Source: an uncultured Conexibacter sp.
GTDB taxonomy: Bacteria; Actinomycetota; Thermoleophilia; Solirubrobacterales; 70-9
Assembly (NCBI GenBank): GCA_964641695.1
Contig: CAZXKG010000003.1
Span: 84-64,083 of the forward strand
Reading direction: 5' to 3'
Length of the DNA: 64,000 bases
Part shown: positions 53,108 through 62,321 of the stretch, piece by piece
How positions within the stretch are numbered: the first letter of the stretch is position 1
How the letters are laid out: each line of letters opens with the position of its first letter
Made by a program: the position numbers and the translations under genes
The notes under the pieces: generated by a model
Seen by the model: only the letters and a program-made list of their open reading frames with translations
Databases searched by the model: none
What the model was told of the DNA's origin: nothing

Positions 53108-55559
53108 CGAGCCCGTCCTCGACCGCCGCGGCGCGAGTGGTGCTCGACTCCTCCCGCGCCGGCGTCGTGTCGAGCGCTTCGAGCAGCTCCTCACCCGGAT
53201 CGAAGCGCATCGGCAGCGTCCGCCCGTGGTGGTCCAAGTACATGCACCGCCCGGAGCGGAAGCCGATCAGCCGTTGCCTCGCGGCCTCGTCGTCGGGATC
53301 GAGTCGCAAGAGGCCAAGCGCCCGCTCCGCCTCCGCCTCGCGCTCGACCCCGAAGGCGAAGTAGCTGCCGATCAGGGGTTCCAGCTCGGCCGCGTCGCCG
53401 ACCATCTGCGAGGCGAGGATCGGCGTGATGTTGGCCGAGCGCCCGGTGCGCGAGAAGCGCTCCAGCATCGAACGTCCCTGCGCGTCAGCGAGCAGCGCCC
53501 AGGCCTCATCGAGCGCCAACACCGAGTGCACGCGCTCGTCGGCGGCGCAGAGCCGCAGCGCGTAGGCGCTGACGAGACGGAGGATCGCCTGCGAGACCCG
53601 CTCGTCGTCTTGAAGCTCGGTCCGCGGCGTGCCCGGCTGGGGACGGACCAGGCCACGAATCCGGATCGAGATCAGCTGCGCCCGCCCCGCCTCCGGCAAC
53701 TCTCGGTCGGGCTCGCCAAAGGCGAGCCGGGCGAGCCCGGAGGAGAGATGTACCTCCAAGGCCTCGGCGGCCTGGCGTGCGACCTCATCGCCCTCGCGAA
53801 GCGCACGAAGTACCTCGGTGCATGTCCGGCCATCGGTCGCGACGACAGCGCCGACCGCGGCCCGGATCTTCGTCTGCCACTCGGCCGGGACCGGCTGGGG
53901 CAGGACTTGGGTGAGAAAGCCGTAGGCGAGGTCCTCGCGCGAGTCCCCACCAATCCGAAGTGGGTCCAGCAGGCCGCGCTGAGTGGCCGAGCCCTGAAGC
54001 TCGATCTCCTCGATCGACTCGGCGACGCCGGGCAGCCGGTTGAGGCGGTGATCGCCCTTGGGATCGACGTCGACGATCGGCGTCGATCCCTGACAGAACG
54101 CCTGGTAGAGCAGTGTCTCCAGCGCGATCGTCTTACCTGAGCCAAGCGAGCCGGTGAGAAGCACCGACGGTGGTCGGCTCAACTTGCAGGCCTCGGCGAG
54201 ATCGAAGAGCACCGGAGCGCGTGAGCCGGTCAGAGCGTGACCGATGTAGGGGCCGATCTCGGAGCCGGCGTGCGAGATCGCGGTCGGCACCATCGCCCCG
54301 ATCTGCTCGGGGAGTAGATGCGCCTGGTAGTCACGGAGGGGGAACGATTGGGCGGGCATGCCGGCCAAAAACAACCGGTGCTGCTCACCAAGCGGGCGAT
54401 GCAGCTCGACTCGGCCGTACTCGGCTCGAAGGCGCTCGACGCGTTCTTCGAGCTCCTCCGCGCTGCGGGCGCCGACGCGCAGGCTGATCGCGGAGCGCAG
54501 CAGCGGTGGTCGGTCGGAGCCACCCAAGCGAGCCTGAAGCTCGCGCGCCGCCATCGTCTTCTCCGAGGTCTTGACGGTTGGCCCGTGTTCGCCGTGAGTT
54601 TCCTCCTTGGCCTGCTGGTCGGCGTCGACCATCCGCTTCTGCGCCAGCCGTTGAGCGACGCGGTTAGAGACGAACTCGACCGAGAGCGAGGCCTCGACCG
54701 GGAACTCGACTTCGAGCGGTGCGTAGAGCAGCTCGACGTCGGCGCCGGGGAAGCTCGCCTCCTCGGGCAGCGCGCCGAGGACGAGGAGCGCCTGATGGGC
54801 GGTGCCCAGTTCGGTGTCGATGCGCAGCGAGCGAGTCCCGATCTCGACCCGTGACTCGTGCAGACGCAGTAAGTCGTGCTCGTAGGGCTCGAAACGGGCC
54901 TCGGCCTCATCGTCGTCGACTCCCTCGACCACAAGCGCCTGCGGGCGCCAGTTCGGATCGACGTGCGGCTCGCCGATCCCGAGCACGTAGGCACCACGGA
55001 TCAGCGCCATCACCTCACCCGAGCGCGCTCGCTCACACGGCAGGTAGTCGAAGACGCGATCGAAGCAGCGCGCCTCCGCCCGGCGAAGATCGCTCAGCTC
55101 GCGCCCGCCGATTCCGCGGGCGTCGCTGAGCCCGACCAGTCGCTCCAGCGAGCGGCGGGCCTCGGCCAGGCGCGAGGCCGTCGCCACCTCGCTCGCCAGC
55201 GGGCCGAGCCGCACGAACAGATACACCTCCGAGCGCAGCACGCCCCGCGTCCGGAAGCGCTCGGCGTGACGGTCGAGCATCGCCCGCAGCTCCGCCTCAT
55301 GCCCGCGTCTGGGATCGAGCGTCGCCAGCGCTCGTTCGAGATAAGCGTCGGCGTCCCAGGCGCGGGCGCTGCAGACGAGCTGGAAGTCCGCCTCGGAGTT
55401 GTAGGCGAAGGCGGCTATCCGGTCCTTGAGCTCGACCTTGCGCGAGAGCGAGAGGCCCGGGTAGCTCTCGCCGTCGAGGCAGTAGGCGGCCCAGGCATCG
55501 TCGGGTCCGCGACCGAAGACCAGGTTGCCCCAGAGGAAGTAGTGAGGAGCGCGAGGCAT
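53094..55559 (-). CDS. VirB4/TraE-like conjugation ATPase
   Basis: Walker A LLTGSLGSGKTIAL. Walker B SVLALDEAWALL. ~820 aa, the size and position typical of Gram-positive VirB4 homologs. Confidence 0.85.
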   Translation of the reverse strand: MPRAPHYFLWGNLVFGRGPDDAWAAYCLDGESYPGLSLSRKVELKDRIAAFAYNSEADFQLVCSARAWDADAYLERALATLDPRRGHEAELRAMLDRHAERFRTRGVLRSEVYLFVRLGPLASEVATASRLAEARRSLERLVGLSDARGIGGRELSDLRRAEARCFDRVFDYLPCERARSGEVMALIRGAYVLGIGEPHVDPNWRPQALVVEGVDDDEAEARFEPYEHDLLRLHESRVEIGTRSLRIDTELGTAHQALLVLGALPEEASFPGADVELLYAPLEVEFPVEASLSVEFVSNRVAQRLAQKRMVDADQQAKEETHGEHGPTVKTSEKTMAARELQARLGGSDRPPLLRSAISLRVGARSAEELEERVERLRAEYGRVELHRPLGEQHRLFLAGMPAQSFPLRDYQAHLLPEQIGAMVPTAISHAGSEIGPYIGHALTGSRAPVLFDLAEACKLSRPPSVLLTGSLGSGKTIALETLLYQAFCQGSTPIVDVDPKGDHRLNRLPGVAESIEEIELQGSATQRGLLDPLRIGGDSREDLAYGFLTQVLPQPVPAEWQTKIRAAVGAVVATDGRTCTEVLRALREGDEVARQAAEALEVHLSSGLARLAFGEPDRELPEAGRAQLISIRIRGLVRPQPGTPRTELQDDERVSQAILRLVSAYALRLCAADERVHSVLALDEAWALLADAQGRSMLERFSRTGRSANITPILASQMVGDAAELEPLIGSYFAFGVEREAEAERALGLLRLDPDDEAARQRLIGFRSGRCMYLDHHGRTLPMRFDPGEELLEALDTTPAREESSTTRAAAVEDGLDAAA

Positions 55560-56203
55560 CAGCGCAGCTCGATCTCCCGACCGATGGGGACGCGCAGCGT
55601 CCGCGCTACCCCGAGGGCACGGACGCTGCGCTCGGAAGCGAGCACCCGGATTCGCCTGGCGCGAGCCATTCGCGTCTGCGGGTCGCCACCGCCGAGGCGA
55701 GGCCCTTCGATCTCGACCCTCGCCGGATAGCGGAGGGTCAGCCGCGCAGGACCTCGAACCCGTCCAGCCCGAACCCGCGGCTCGTCACCGGAGGGAGCGA
55801 GCTGCACCTCCTCGAGAGGAGCCCACAGCGAGCCTTCCCGCGGACACGGGCGCAGCCCAGCCAGCGACCGCGGCGAGACCCAGAAGCGAACCGCCGAGGC
55901 GAGCGCCCGATGAGGCGCACGACCGTCGACGCGCAGCGAGGCGAGCGCCCATCCGCCGAGCAGCGGCAGCGCCACCAACCGCACCGAGTCGGGGATCACG
56001 CCAACCAGCAATCCGACGATCGGCAGCCGCGAGGCGAGCGCCAGCGCGAGAAAGCAACCGATGACGTAGCCGACCGCCCGCACCGAGACGCCGTGCGGGG
56101 TCGGAAGCCGCCAGCGGTCGAGCCGGAAGATCCGCCGCTCGACCTCGTCGACGACGCCCCGGTAGGAGCGCACGACGACGCGAGCGTCCTCGCTGCGAGA
56201 CAT
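55559..56203 (-). CDS. TcpE-like small membrane protein (putative)
   Basis: VRSYRGVVDEVERRIFRLDRWRLPTPHGVSVRAVGYVIGCFLALALA, followed by a second TM. This pattern and its position upstream of VirB4 resemble TcpE-family proteins. Start at MSRSEDA (ATG 56203). Confidence 0.5.
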   Translation of the reverse strand: MSRSEDARVVVRSYRGVVDEVERRIFRLDRWRLPTPHGVSVRAVGYVIGCFLALALASRLPIVGLLVGVIPDSVRLVALPLLGGWALASLRVDGRAPHRALASAVRFWVSPRSLAGLRPCPREGSLWAPLEEVQLAPSGDEPRVRAGRVRGPARLTLRYPARVEIEGPRLGGGDPQTRMARARRIRVLASERSVRALGVARTLRVPIGREIELR

Positions 56204-56217
56204 CCTCGACTCCGGCC

Positions 56218-56538
56218 TCAGCTGATCCGCTGCCAGAAGCCCTTGATCAGGCTCTCGGCCGTCTCCGGGGCGAAGATGAACAAGCCGAGAAACAACGCGA
56301 TCGCGGCAGCGCTGACCGCGATCCCGATCTCGCGCTTCATGAACGCCACCAACCCGACCACCGCGACCAGGACGATCACGATCGGGCCGAGGATCTCCGA
56401 GAGCAGGTCGGCGGTGTTCTCGCCGAGCCGCTCGACCCGGCCGCCCCCTCGCTGCGCGACCGCATCCTGCGCGCCGACGACGAACGTCGTCGCGGTCGCG
56501 CATCCAACGGCGGCCAGCCTCTTGAATCTTGCTCGCAT
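56218..56538 (-). CDS. Small two-TM protein, VirB2/TrbC-size (putative)
   Basis: 106 aa. Signal-like MRARFKRLAAVGCATATTFVVGAQDAVA, then two hydrophobic helices. Confidence 0.5.
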   Translation of the reverse strand: MRARFKRLAAVGCATATTFVVGAQDAVAQRGGGRVERLGENTADLLSEILGPIVIVLVAVVGLVAFMKREIGIAVSAAAIALFLGLFIFAPETAESLIKGFWQRIS

Positions 56539-57410
56539 CAGCCCTCCTTCACGGGCTCGTTAGGGACCGTCTCGATGAAGCTCACGTAGGGGCGACCACG
56601 CCGGTACTCGATGCCAAGCCCGTAGGTGAGCGTGTAGGTGGCGCGGTGTTGATCCCTTGCTGTGACCGTGACCAGGACCGAGCCGGAGCCAGGTCCCTCA
56701 GCCCAGGCGATCTCCTCGACTGCGCGAACCTCCAACGGAGGTGAGGGCAGCGAGATCAAGGCACGCGGCGCCAGATCCGCTTCGAGGTTCGCGGCCTCGC
56801 CGGCGAGGTAGTTGGCGATCACCCGGCGGGCGACTGCCGCGACTTCCCCGTCCTCGACCTCCTCCCGCTCGGGCAGGCCGGCCCGCGCGATGCTCGGCGG
56901 ACCGACGAGAGCGGGGTAGCCGACGAGTCGCAGATCACCACGCCGGTTGCGATCGACCCGCACCGCCAGGTAGAACGGACGCAGGTCGTCGTCGGTCTGC
57001 GCGGCGACGACGATCAGCCTCGCGCCGGTCGAGTCTCGCCGGCTCTCGGCGACCTCGGCCCAGACGACCGCGCGCGATCCCGAGCGCGCGACGAACCCCG
57101 CGTCGGGGGACAGCTCATCGGGGAGAAGCGGCTCAAGGCGTCGCTCGCGCAACTCAGGCCGAGCGGCGTCGAAGCTCAGGTAGGCGCGGGTCAGCTCGAC
57201 CGCGTAGCTCTCAGCGGGACGATCGAGCGCGAGCGGCGGCGCAGCCGGCGTCGCGGGCTCGCGTGGCATGAAGATCTCGCGCAAGCCCAGGAGCGAGGTG
57301 ATCCCGACGAAGACCAGGAACGCATAGCGAGGCGCACGGGCACGAAGCCGCTCCACTCGTGAAGAGCGACGCACGATCTGAAGGCGCTCGCGTAGCTCGT
57401 CGGCACTCAT
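56538..57410 (-). CDS. TcpC-like conjugation protein (putative)
   Basis: N-terminal TM YAFLVFVGITSLLGL, followed by two ~110-aa soluble halves. Architecture and position match TcpC-family proteins. Confidence 0.5.
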   Translation of the reverse strand: MSADELRERLQIVRRSSRVERLRARAPRYAFLVFVGITSLLGLREIFMPREPATPAAPPLALDRPAESYAVELTRAYLSFDAARPELRERRLEPLLPDELSPDAGFVARSGSRAVVWAEVAESRRDSTGARLIVVAAQTDDDLRPFYLAVRVDRNRRGDLRLVGYPALVGPPSIARAGLPEREEVEDGEVAAVARRVIANYLAGEAANLEADLAPRALISLPSPPLEVRAVEEIAWAEGPGSGSVLVTVTARDQHRATYTLTYGLGIEYRRGRPYVSFIETVPNEPVKEG

Positions 57411-57414
57411 AGAC

Positions 57415-58149
57415 CTAGAGCCCGAACTCCCGCTCGATCAACCCGCGGCCGGCGTCGATCGGGCCGGGCGCGGGGGCCGGTTCGCTCGGAACCGTCGCAG
57501 GCGGCACACTCGGCGATGGACTCGCGGGGACGGGGCTCACCGGCTCTGGCTGTGGCGGCACGATGGTTTCGGCCTTCGATCCACCGCGGCCCTTCGGTCG
57601 TGCTCGATCTGTGCTGGCACGGCGCTGCTGCTCCGAGCGCCGATCCTGGCGTCGCTCTACACGACGCCTCTCGCGCGCCGGGCGGCTGCCGGGCTTGCTC
57701 GCGACCCGCTTGCGCAACTCACGGGCCGGTCCACCGCTCACCTGCGGAGCCTTCGGAGCCGGAGTGCTCTCGACCTCACCCTCATCGGGCGCCCCGCTCA
57801 GCACCGCGAAGGCGGCGCCTCCCAGAGCCAGCACCCCCACGCCGGCCACAACCCGACCGCGGAGGAAGCTCGTGTCGAGACCGGGGACCCGAGGTAGCGA
57901 CCGCAGGCGACTACGCGCACCGGGACGCAGATCCTCGGATCCCCTTGCCTCGCTCTCGGGACCGCGCGTGGGAGGAGTGACGCTCGGACCCTCAGCCTCC
58001 GCAAGCTCCACGGCGGGCTCCTCGAGGAGCTGCTCTTCGCCGAGCTCGAAGACGTCGCGTTCGCGCCGTCTCACCTGTCGGACCTCGTTGCCGTGTCGGT
58101 CGCGGTTGCCATCGGTGGGCAGGGCGCGACTCAGACGCGGGTAGTCCAA
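57415..58149 (-). CDS. Single-TM, Pro/Arg-rich protein ending in EREFGL
   Basis: TM VVAGVGVLALGGAAFAVL. Low-complexity basic and Pro-rich C-terminus. First gene of the T4SS block. Confidence 0.5.
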   Translation of the reverse strand: MDYPRLSRALPTDGNRDRHGNEVRQVRRRERDVFELGEEQLLEEPAVELAEAEGPSVTPPTRGPESEARGSEDLRPGARSRLRSLPRVPGLDTSFLRGRVVAGVGVLALGGAAFAVLSGAPDEGEVESTPAPKAPQVSGGPARELRKRVASKPGSRPARERRRVERRQDRRSEQQRRASTDRARPKGRGGSKAETIVPPQPEPVSPVPASPSPSVPPATVPSEPAPAPGPIDAGRGLIEREFGL

Positions 58150-58275
58150 ACCCTCACGTCAGGTTTCGTCTCCGATCCCACGATCGAGGCCGCGCACGGT
58201 CTATAGCCACCGCTCTAGATGCGAGCAGGCGGCTATAGGCCGCCCGCAAGCGAGCGGCCGAGAAGTCGAAGGGCC

Positions 58276-58884
58276 CTATCCGCGAACGGCGAGCACGGCG
58301 AGCGTCGGGTTCTCGATCCGCACGTCTCCAGCAAGCTGGCTACAGGCAAGCGAGACCGTGTGAGGGCCTGCCGCCAGCGGAGGTGTTACGACCGTACGAG
58401 CGAATCCGTTGGTCGCCGAGAGCGACGTGTTGTCGGTGGCCGCCTCGCCAGGCGCCGCGCTCAGCGGGCTCGGCGCACCGTCGACCCGCACCTGGCAGAC
58501 GGCCTGGGCCGGCCCGCCGTTGGACTCCTGACCGCCGGTTGCGATCGCAAGTAGTCGCGCTCGGTTCTTCAAGTCGATCGTCGCCTCGGCGCAGGAGACG
58601 TAAGAAGCGCCGCTCGGATCGCAGCCGGCGGGTTCACTCCCAGCCACCGCGACAAGCGTCGAGATGTCGAGCGACTGCTCGCGGATCTCCTTGCCGGTCA
58701 GCGAGTTGGGTTGAACGTCGATCCCACGCACCGCCTTGCGGTTCTTCAGATCGACGCTTCTGATCGTGTTGTTCTTGATCTCCGCCGAGGTGATCTTCGA
58801 GGCGGCGTAGGCGCCGCCGGTCCCGATCGCGACGATCAGGGCCAAGCTCGCTACGACGTTGGCGTAGGTCAGGTGCTTGCGCAT
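58276..58884 (-). CDS. Secreted protein (202 aa), unknown function
   Basis: Signal MRKHLTYANVVASLALIVAIGTGGAYA. Four Cys residues. Confidence 0.65.
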   Translation of the reverse strand: MRKHLTYANVVASLALIVAIGTGGAYAASKITSAEIKNNTIRSVDLKNRKAVRGIDVQPNSLTGKEIREQSLDISTLVAVAGSEPAGCDPSGASYVSCAEATIDLKNRARLLAIATGGQESNGGPAQAVCQVRVDGAPSPLSAAPGEAATDNTSLSATNGFARTVVTPPLAAGPHTVSLACSQLAGDVRIENPTLAVLAVRG

Positions 58885-58951
58885 CGCGCTTCTCCTCCTC
58901 GCGACGCTCGCCGGCGAGCGTCGCGTTCTGTGGCCATCCGGCCGCTCATCA

Positions 58952-60820
58952 TCATCTCGCCTTCACGATCACCTTTCGCGCCTTCGTGCTGGCTGGCGCT
59001 TTGTAAGGCCAGGTCTGCTCGCGGGCGAGCTTGACCCGGAAGCGGTAGCGCGCCGAGCGTTCGTAGAAGTTCCCGAACCGGTAGCGCAGGCGATAGCGCC
59101 CGCGCGAGTCGGTGGTGAACGCCTCGCGCACCGTGTTCCAGCGGCCGGCGCTCTCACGGACCTGGAGCTCCAGCAGCTTGCCGCCGCTCGGGATACGAGC
59201 GCCGTAGCGACCGACCCGACCGCCGAAGACGATCGCCTTGCCGGCGGGGACGACTCGCCGGGAGACGTGGAAGCTGGCTCTGCTTCGAACCGCGAGGTTC
59301 CCCGCTTGGCGCGTTCGGCCCTGGTAGCGCCGTGTGCCCTCGTAGATCGCGCTCACCCGTCGTGAAGGCCCAGCCGGTAGCTTCGAGCGCCAGCGGCCGC
59401 GCTGGTCTGTGCGGACCGTCCGCACCCGCCGGTCGATCAGCGCTCCGCGACCGAAGTACTCCTCGACTCGGACCGTCTGATCCGCGAGCGGCTCACCACG
59501 CTTGTCGACGAGCCGACCGGTGACGCGGGAGTCGCGCCCGTAGGGGATGAGCTGACGCTTGGAACCACTGGCGATGTGGGCGTTGAGATCAACCTCGTCC
59601 CGCAGCGGGAAGCTGAGCACCATCGGCTCGCCGTTCACGCGGCGAGTGGACTGCGCCTGGTTTCCGGCGACGTCGCTGGCGGCGACCGCCAGCTCGTAGC
59701 GTCCCGCTGGGTAGGCGCCCGAGTTGACCCGAGCGCGTAGCTCGCCCGAGACGTGCTGGGTCGAGAGCGGTCGCCAGTCATCTGAGCTGTCCGCCGCGCG
59801 CACGTAGATCCCTCCCGAGGCGACGCCGGAGTGTGGGTCGACGGCGCTCGCCCGGATCAGCTCGGGGTCGTCTCGGTCTTGGGCGTTCGTGAACGCCAGT
59901 CTCGGCGGTGTGTTGTCGATCGCCAGCGTGTTCTGATCGCAGCGCTGGTTGCCGCCGAAGTCGCGGGCGCAGACCGCGAGCGAGTTCTGCCCGTCGCGGA
60001 AAGGCGACGCCGCTGTGCTCGGGATAACCCGCAGCTCGCCAGTCGAGCTGCAGGGCACGAAGCGCGAGGAGTGACTGGTTCCGGCAATCCGCCCGTCACA
60101 TGCACCTGGCATGTGGGCGAGGGTCTGACCGTTGACGGTTGCGGTGATCCGCTCGATTCCCGCACCGTGATCGATCGCGACTACGTCGAGCGCGTGCGAA
60201 CCCCGGAGCCAACCGCCGCCGCGAAGGCTGCCGCCGAGCCGCGCGAAGTTCGGGTCCTGGTAATCGGCGATCGTGAGTACCACGTTCCGGGCCCATGCCT
60301 TCGCGAGGGTCGAGTGAGGGCAGCTCCCCGCCCGGTCACACCACAGGCGCAGGATCACGCTCGCCGCTCGCGGGAAGCGCACGTTTCGGCGAATGAACCC
60401 GGTCGGCTCGGTCGCTCCGGTCGCGATCGCCGCGATCTCCCGGCCGGCGCCATCGGCGGCGAACACCCGAGCGCCGTGACCGGAGGCGCGGCGAACCCTG
60501 GCGGCGATGTCTGCGCCGACTATCCCAAGTGCGGTCTGGTCGGGAACCGTCCAGCGCGCTTGTCCCGAACGACCCGAAGCGGCGTCGCGGATGTTGTTGA
60601 TCTGGATCGCGTTGCCCTCACTGGAATCGGCGCAGCGGTTGTGGATGGGGTAGGCGGTGCTGTCAGCGAACACAGCCTGGTGTCCGCGGTTGAGTGAGTG
60701 ACACTGCACGACCGTGTACTCACCGCCCGCCGCCGGTGCGCTCGCCGGGAGCGTCACCATCAGGATCAAAGGTGCCACTACGGTTGCCAATCGGCGCAAG
60801 TGTTCGTTGAGCTGCGTCAA
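58952..60820 (-). CDS. Secreted multi-Ig-like protein (622 aa) with carboxypeptidase-regulatory-like C-terminal domains
   Basis: Signal LILMVTLPASAPAAG. C-terminal GRLVDKRGEPLADQTVRVEE...TDQRGRWRSKLPAG and TTDSRGRYRLRYRF are CarboxypepD_reg-like strands. Confidence 0.75.
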   Translation of the reverse strand: MTQLNEHLRRLATVVAPLILMVTLPASAPAAGGEYTVVQCHSLNRGHQAVFADSTAYPIHNRCADSSEGNAIQINNIRDAASGRSGQARWTVPDQTALGIVGADIAARVRRASGHGARVFAADGAGREIAAIATGATEPTGFIRRNVRFPRAASVILRLWCDRAGSCPHSTLAKAWARNVVLTIADYQDPNFARLGGSLRGGGWLRGSHALDVVAIDHGAGIERITATVNGQTLAHMPGACDGRIAGTSHSSRFVPCSSTGELRVIPSTAASPFRDGQNSLAVCARDFGGNQRCDQNTLAIDNTPPRLAFTNAQDRDDPELIRASAVDPHSGVASGGIYVRAADSSDDWRPLSTQHVSGELRARVNSGAYPAGRYELAVAASDVAGNQAQSTRRVNGEPMVLSFPLRDEVDLNAHIASGSKRQLIPYGRDSRVTGRLVDKRGEPLADQTVRVEEYFGRGALIDRRVRTVRTDQRGRWRSKLPAGPSRRVSAIYEGTRRYQGRTRQAGNLAVRSRASFHVSRRVVPAGKAIVFGGRVGRYGARIPSGGKLLELQVRESAGRWNTVREAFTTDSRGRYRLRYRFGNFYERSARYRFRVKLAREQTWPYKAPASTKARKVIVKAR

Positions 60821-60838
60821 CTGCTCTGCCTCCTTGCA

Positions 60839-62266
60839 TCAGGGTCCGAACTCGCGTTGGAAGTTCGAGCCGCCGTTTGAGCCTCCGCTTGATCCTCCGT
60901 CTGAGCCCGAGGAGCCGCCGCCGCTCGACGGTGTCGATGCCGAGACGACGCCGAACTCCTGCTCGACCGGCGGCGCGCTCGGCGCGACCGGCGGCGGCTC
61001 GACTGGGTCCGGCTTCGGTTCGGGCTTGGGCTCAGGATTGGAAGGCTTGGGGTCCGGCTTCGACTCGGGCTTCGGTTGCGGTGCCGGCGTGACCGGCGTC
61101 GTCACCGGTGCTTCGACGATGGTGGTCTCGGCAACCGGCTCGCTTCGAGTTACATCGCGCTCGGGACGCTCCGCACCGAGTCCACCGCCCGGCCCAATGC
61201 CGGTGGCGAGGCAGACCGTCGCCGCGGCGCCCGTGCCCAGGCAGGCGATGGTGGCCTTGCCCGCGGCGCCGAGTCCGGCGACCTTGGCGAGAACGCCGGT
61301 GCCGACGGCGCCCGTCCCGCGAGCGCTGCCGATCGCCGAGACGGCATCGGCTGCCTCGTGGCTGCGACCGCCGATCACGTCCCTGAGCCTGCCCGGAGCC
61401 TCACCGAGTCGGGCGAGGAATCCGACCGAGGCCTCCGGGTCGATCGCGACCGGGGCGAGCGCACCGGCGACGGCCTCGTGGGTGGCGCGCAACTCACGTG
61501 CCAGTGCCGCCGCCTTCGGGTCGTTTCCGATCAGAAGCTCGGCTCGCTTGCGCTCCGATCGGGAAGCGACTCCGGCGACGTAGGCGCCGAGCAACTTGAC
61601 CAGGAAGCGGTCGCCTTCGAGCGTCTGGTGCACGGTGTCGATCGCTCGCCGCAGACGGTAGTGGTAGGTGCTTCGCGGGACGCCGAGCTTGGAGGATGCC
61701 TCCTCGGTGGAGAGCCCCTCGACGAAGCGCGTCCGGTAGACGGCGCGATGCTCAGGCCCCAGCTGCTCGACCGCCTCGATCGAGCGAGCGAGCTCAGCGC
61801 GGACATCGACGCGATCCTCCGGGCGGGCCGTCTTGTCGGTGATCTCGATCAGGGTGTCGTCGGCGGGGTCGATCGCCATCTCGCGCTGATCGCGGATCAG
61901 ATCCCTCGCGTCGCGCCAGGCGACGCAGCGCATGTAGGCGACGCGGTCGTGGATCAGCTCGCCGCGCTCGATACGGACGTAGACCTCGACCATCGCCTCC
62001 TGGGCGATGTCCTCGATGTCCTCGCGACTGAGGCTCCTCGAGAAGCGTTGACGCAGGTAGGTGACGGTCCTCTGCCGATCGCTCTCGGTCGGCAGGCCGT
62101 TGCCATCGCCCCGGCCGTTCCCGTTGCTCCTGCTCTTCCCGTTGCTCGCCCCCAGACCGTTCGAGCCGAGCTCACCCGCCTCGCTCCGTCGTCCCTCCGC
62201 TTCGCTCCGCCGGCCCCCCGACTGCTCTGCTTCTCCTCGCTCACCGTTTCCCGCCGACCCCGTCAT
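60839..62266 (-). CDS. ECF-type sigma factor fused to an anti-sigma-like TM segment and Pro/Gly-rich extracytoplasmic tail
   Basis: Region 2 EDIAQEAMVEVYVRI...CVAWRDARDLIRDQ. Region 4 VEGLSTEEASSKLGVPRSTYHYRLRRAI. TM GVLAKVAGLGAAGKATIACLGTGAAATVCLATG. Tail PKPESKPDPKPSNPEPKPEPKPDP...QREFGP. Confidence 0.8.
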   Translation of the reverse strand: MTGSAGNGERGEAEQSGGRRSEAEGRRSEAGELGSNGLGASNGKSRSNGNGRGDGNGLPTESDRQRTVTYLRQRFSRSLSREDIEDIAQEAMVEVYVRIERGELIHDRVAYMRCVAWRDARDLIRDQREMAIDPADDTLIEITDKTARPEDRVDVRAELARSIEAVEQLGPEHRAVYRTRFVEGLSTEEASSKLGVPRSTYHYRLRRAIDTVHQTLEGDRFLVKLLGAYVAGVASRSERKRAELLIGNDPKAAALARELRATHEAVAGALAPVAIDPEASVGFLARLGEAPGRLRDVIGGRSHEAADAVSAIGSARGTGAVGTGVLAKVAGLGAAGKATIACLGTGAAATVCLATGIGPGGGLGAERPERDVTRSEPVAETTIVEAPVTTPVTPAPQPKPESKPDPKPSNPEPKPEPKPDPVEPPPVAPSAPPVEQEFGVVSASTPSSGGGSSGSDGGSSGGSNGGSNFQREFGP

Positions 62267-62321
62267 CTACCTCATAGGGCGCTTGCCCCTTCTTTCAGTC
62301 CAAATCCACATCTCACAAATT

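Larger units (their letters stand above)
38115..58149. mobile_element. Putative integrative conjugative element (ICE); left end at tRNA-Ser, right end not defined (may extend past 58149)
   Basis: tRNA-adjacent integrase remnant, low-GC module, IS481 copy, intact int/xis, coupling ATPase, Replic_Relax-like gene, SSB, cell-wall hydrolase, VirB4/VirB6/TcpC/TcpE-like genes, two TA modules. Confidence 0.6.

Noticed and set aside
50521-54140. Plus-strand ORFs 50521..51270, 50906..51949, 52439..53428 and 52977..54140
   Set aside because: They are antisense to the VirB6-like and VirB4-like genes, with Arg/Pro-rich junk and no motifs.
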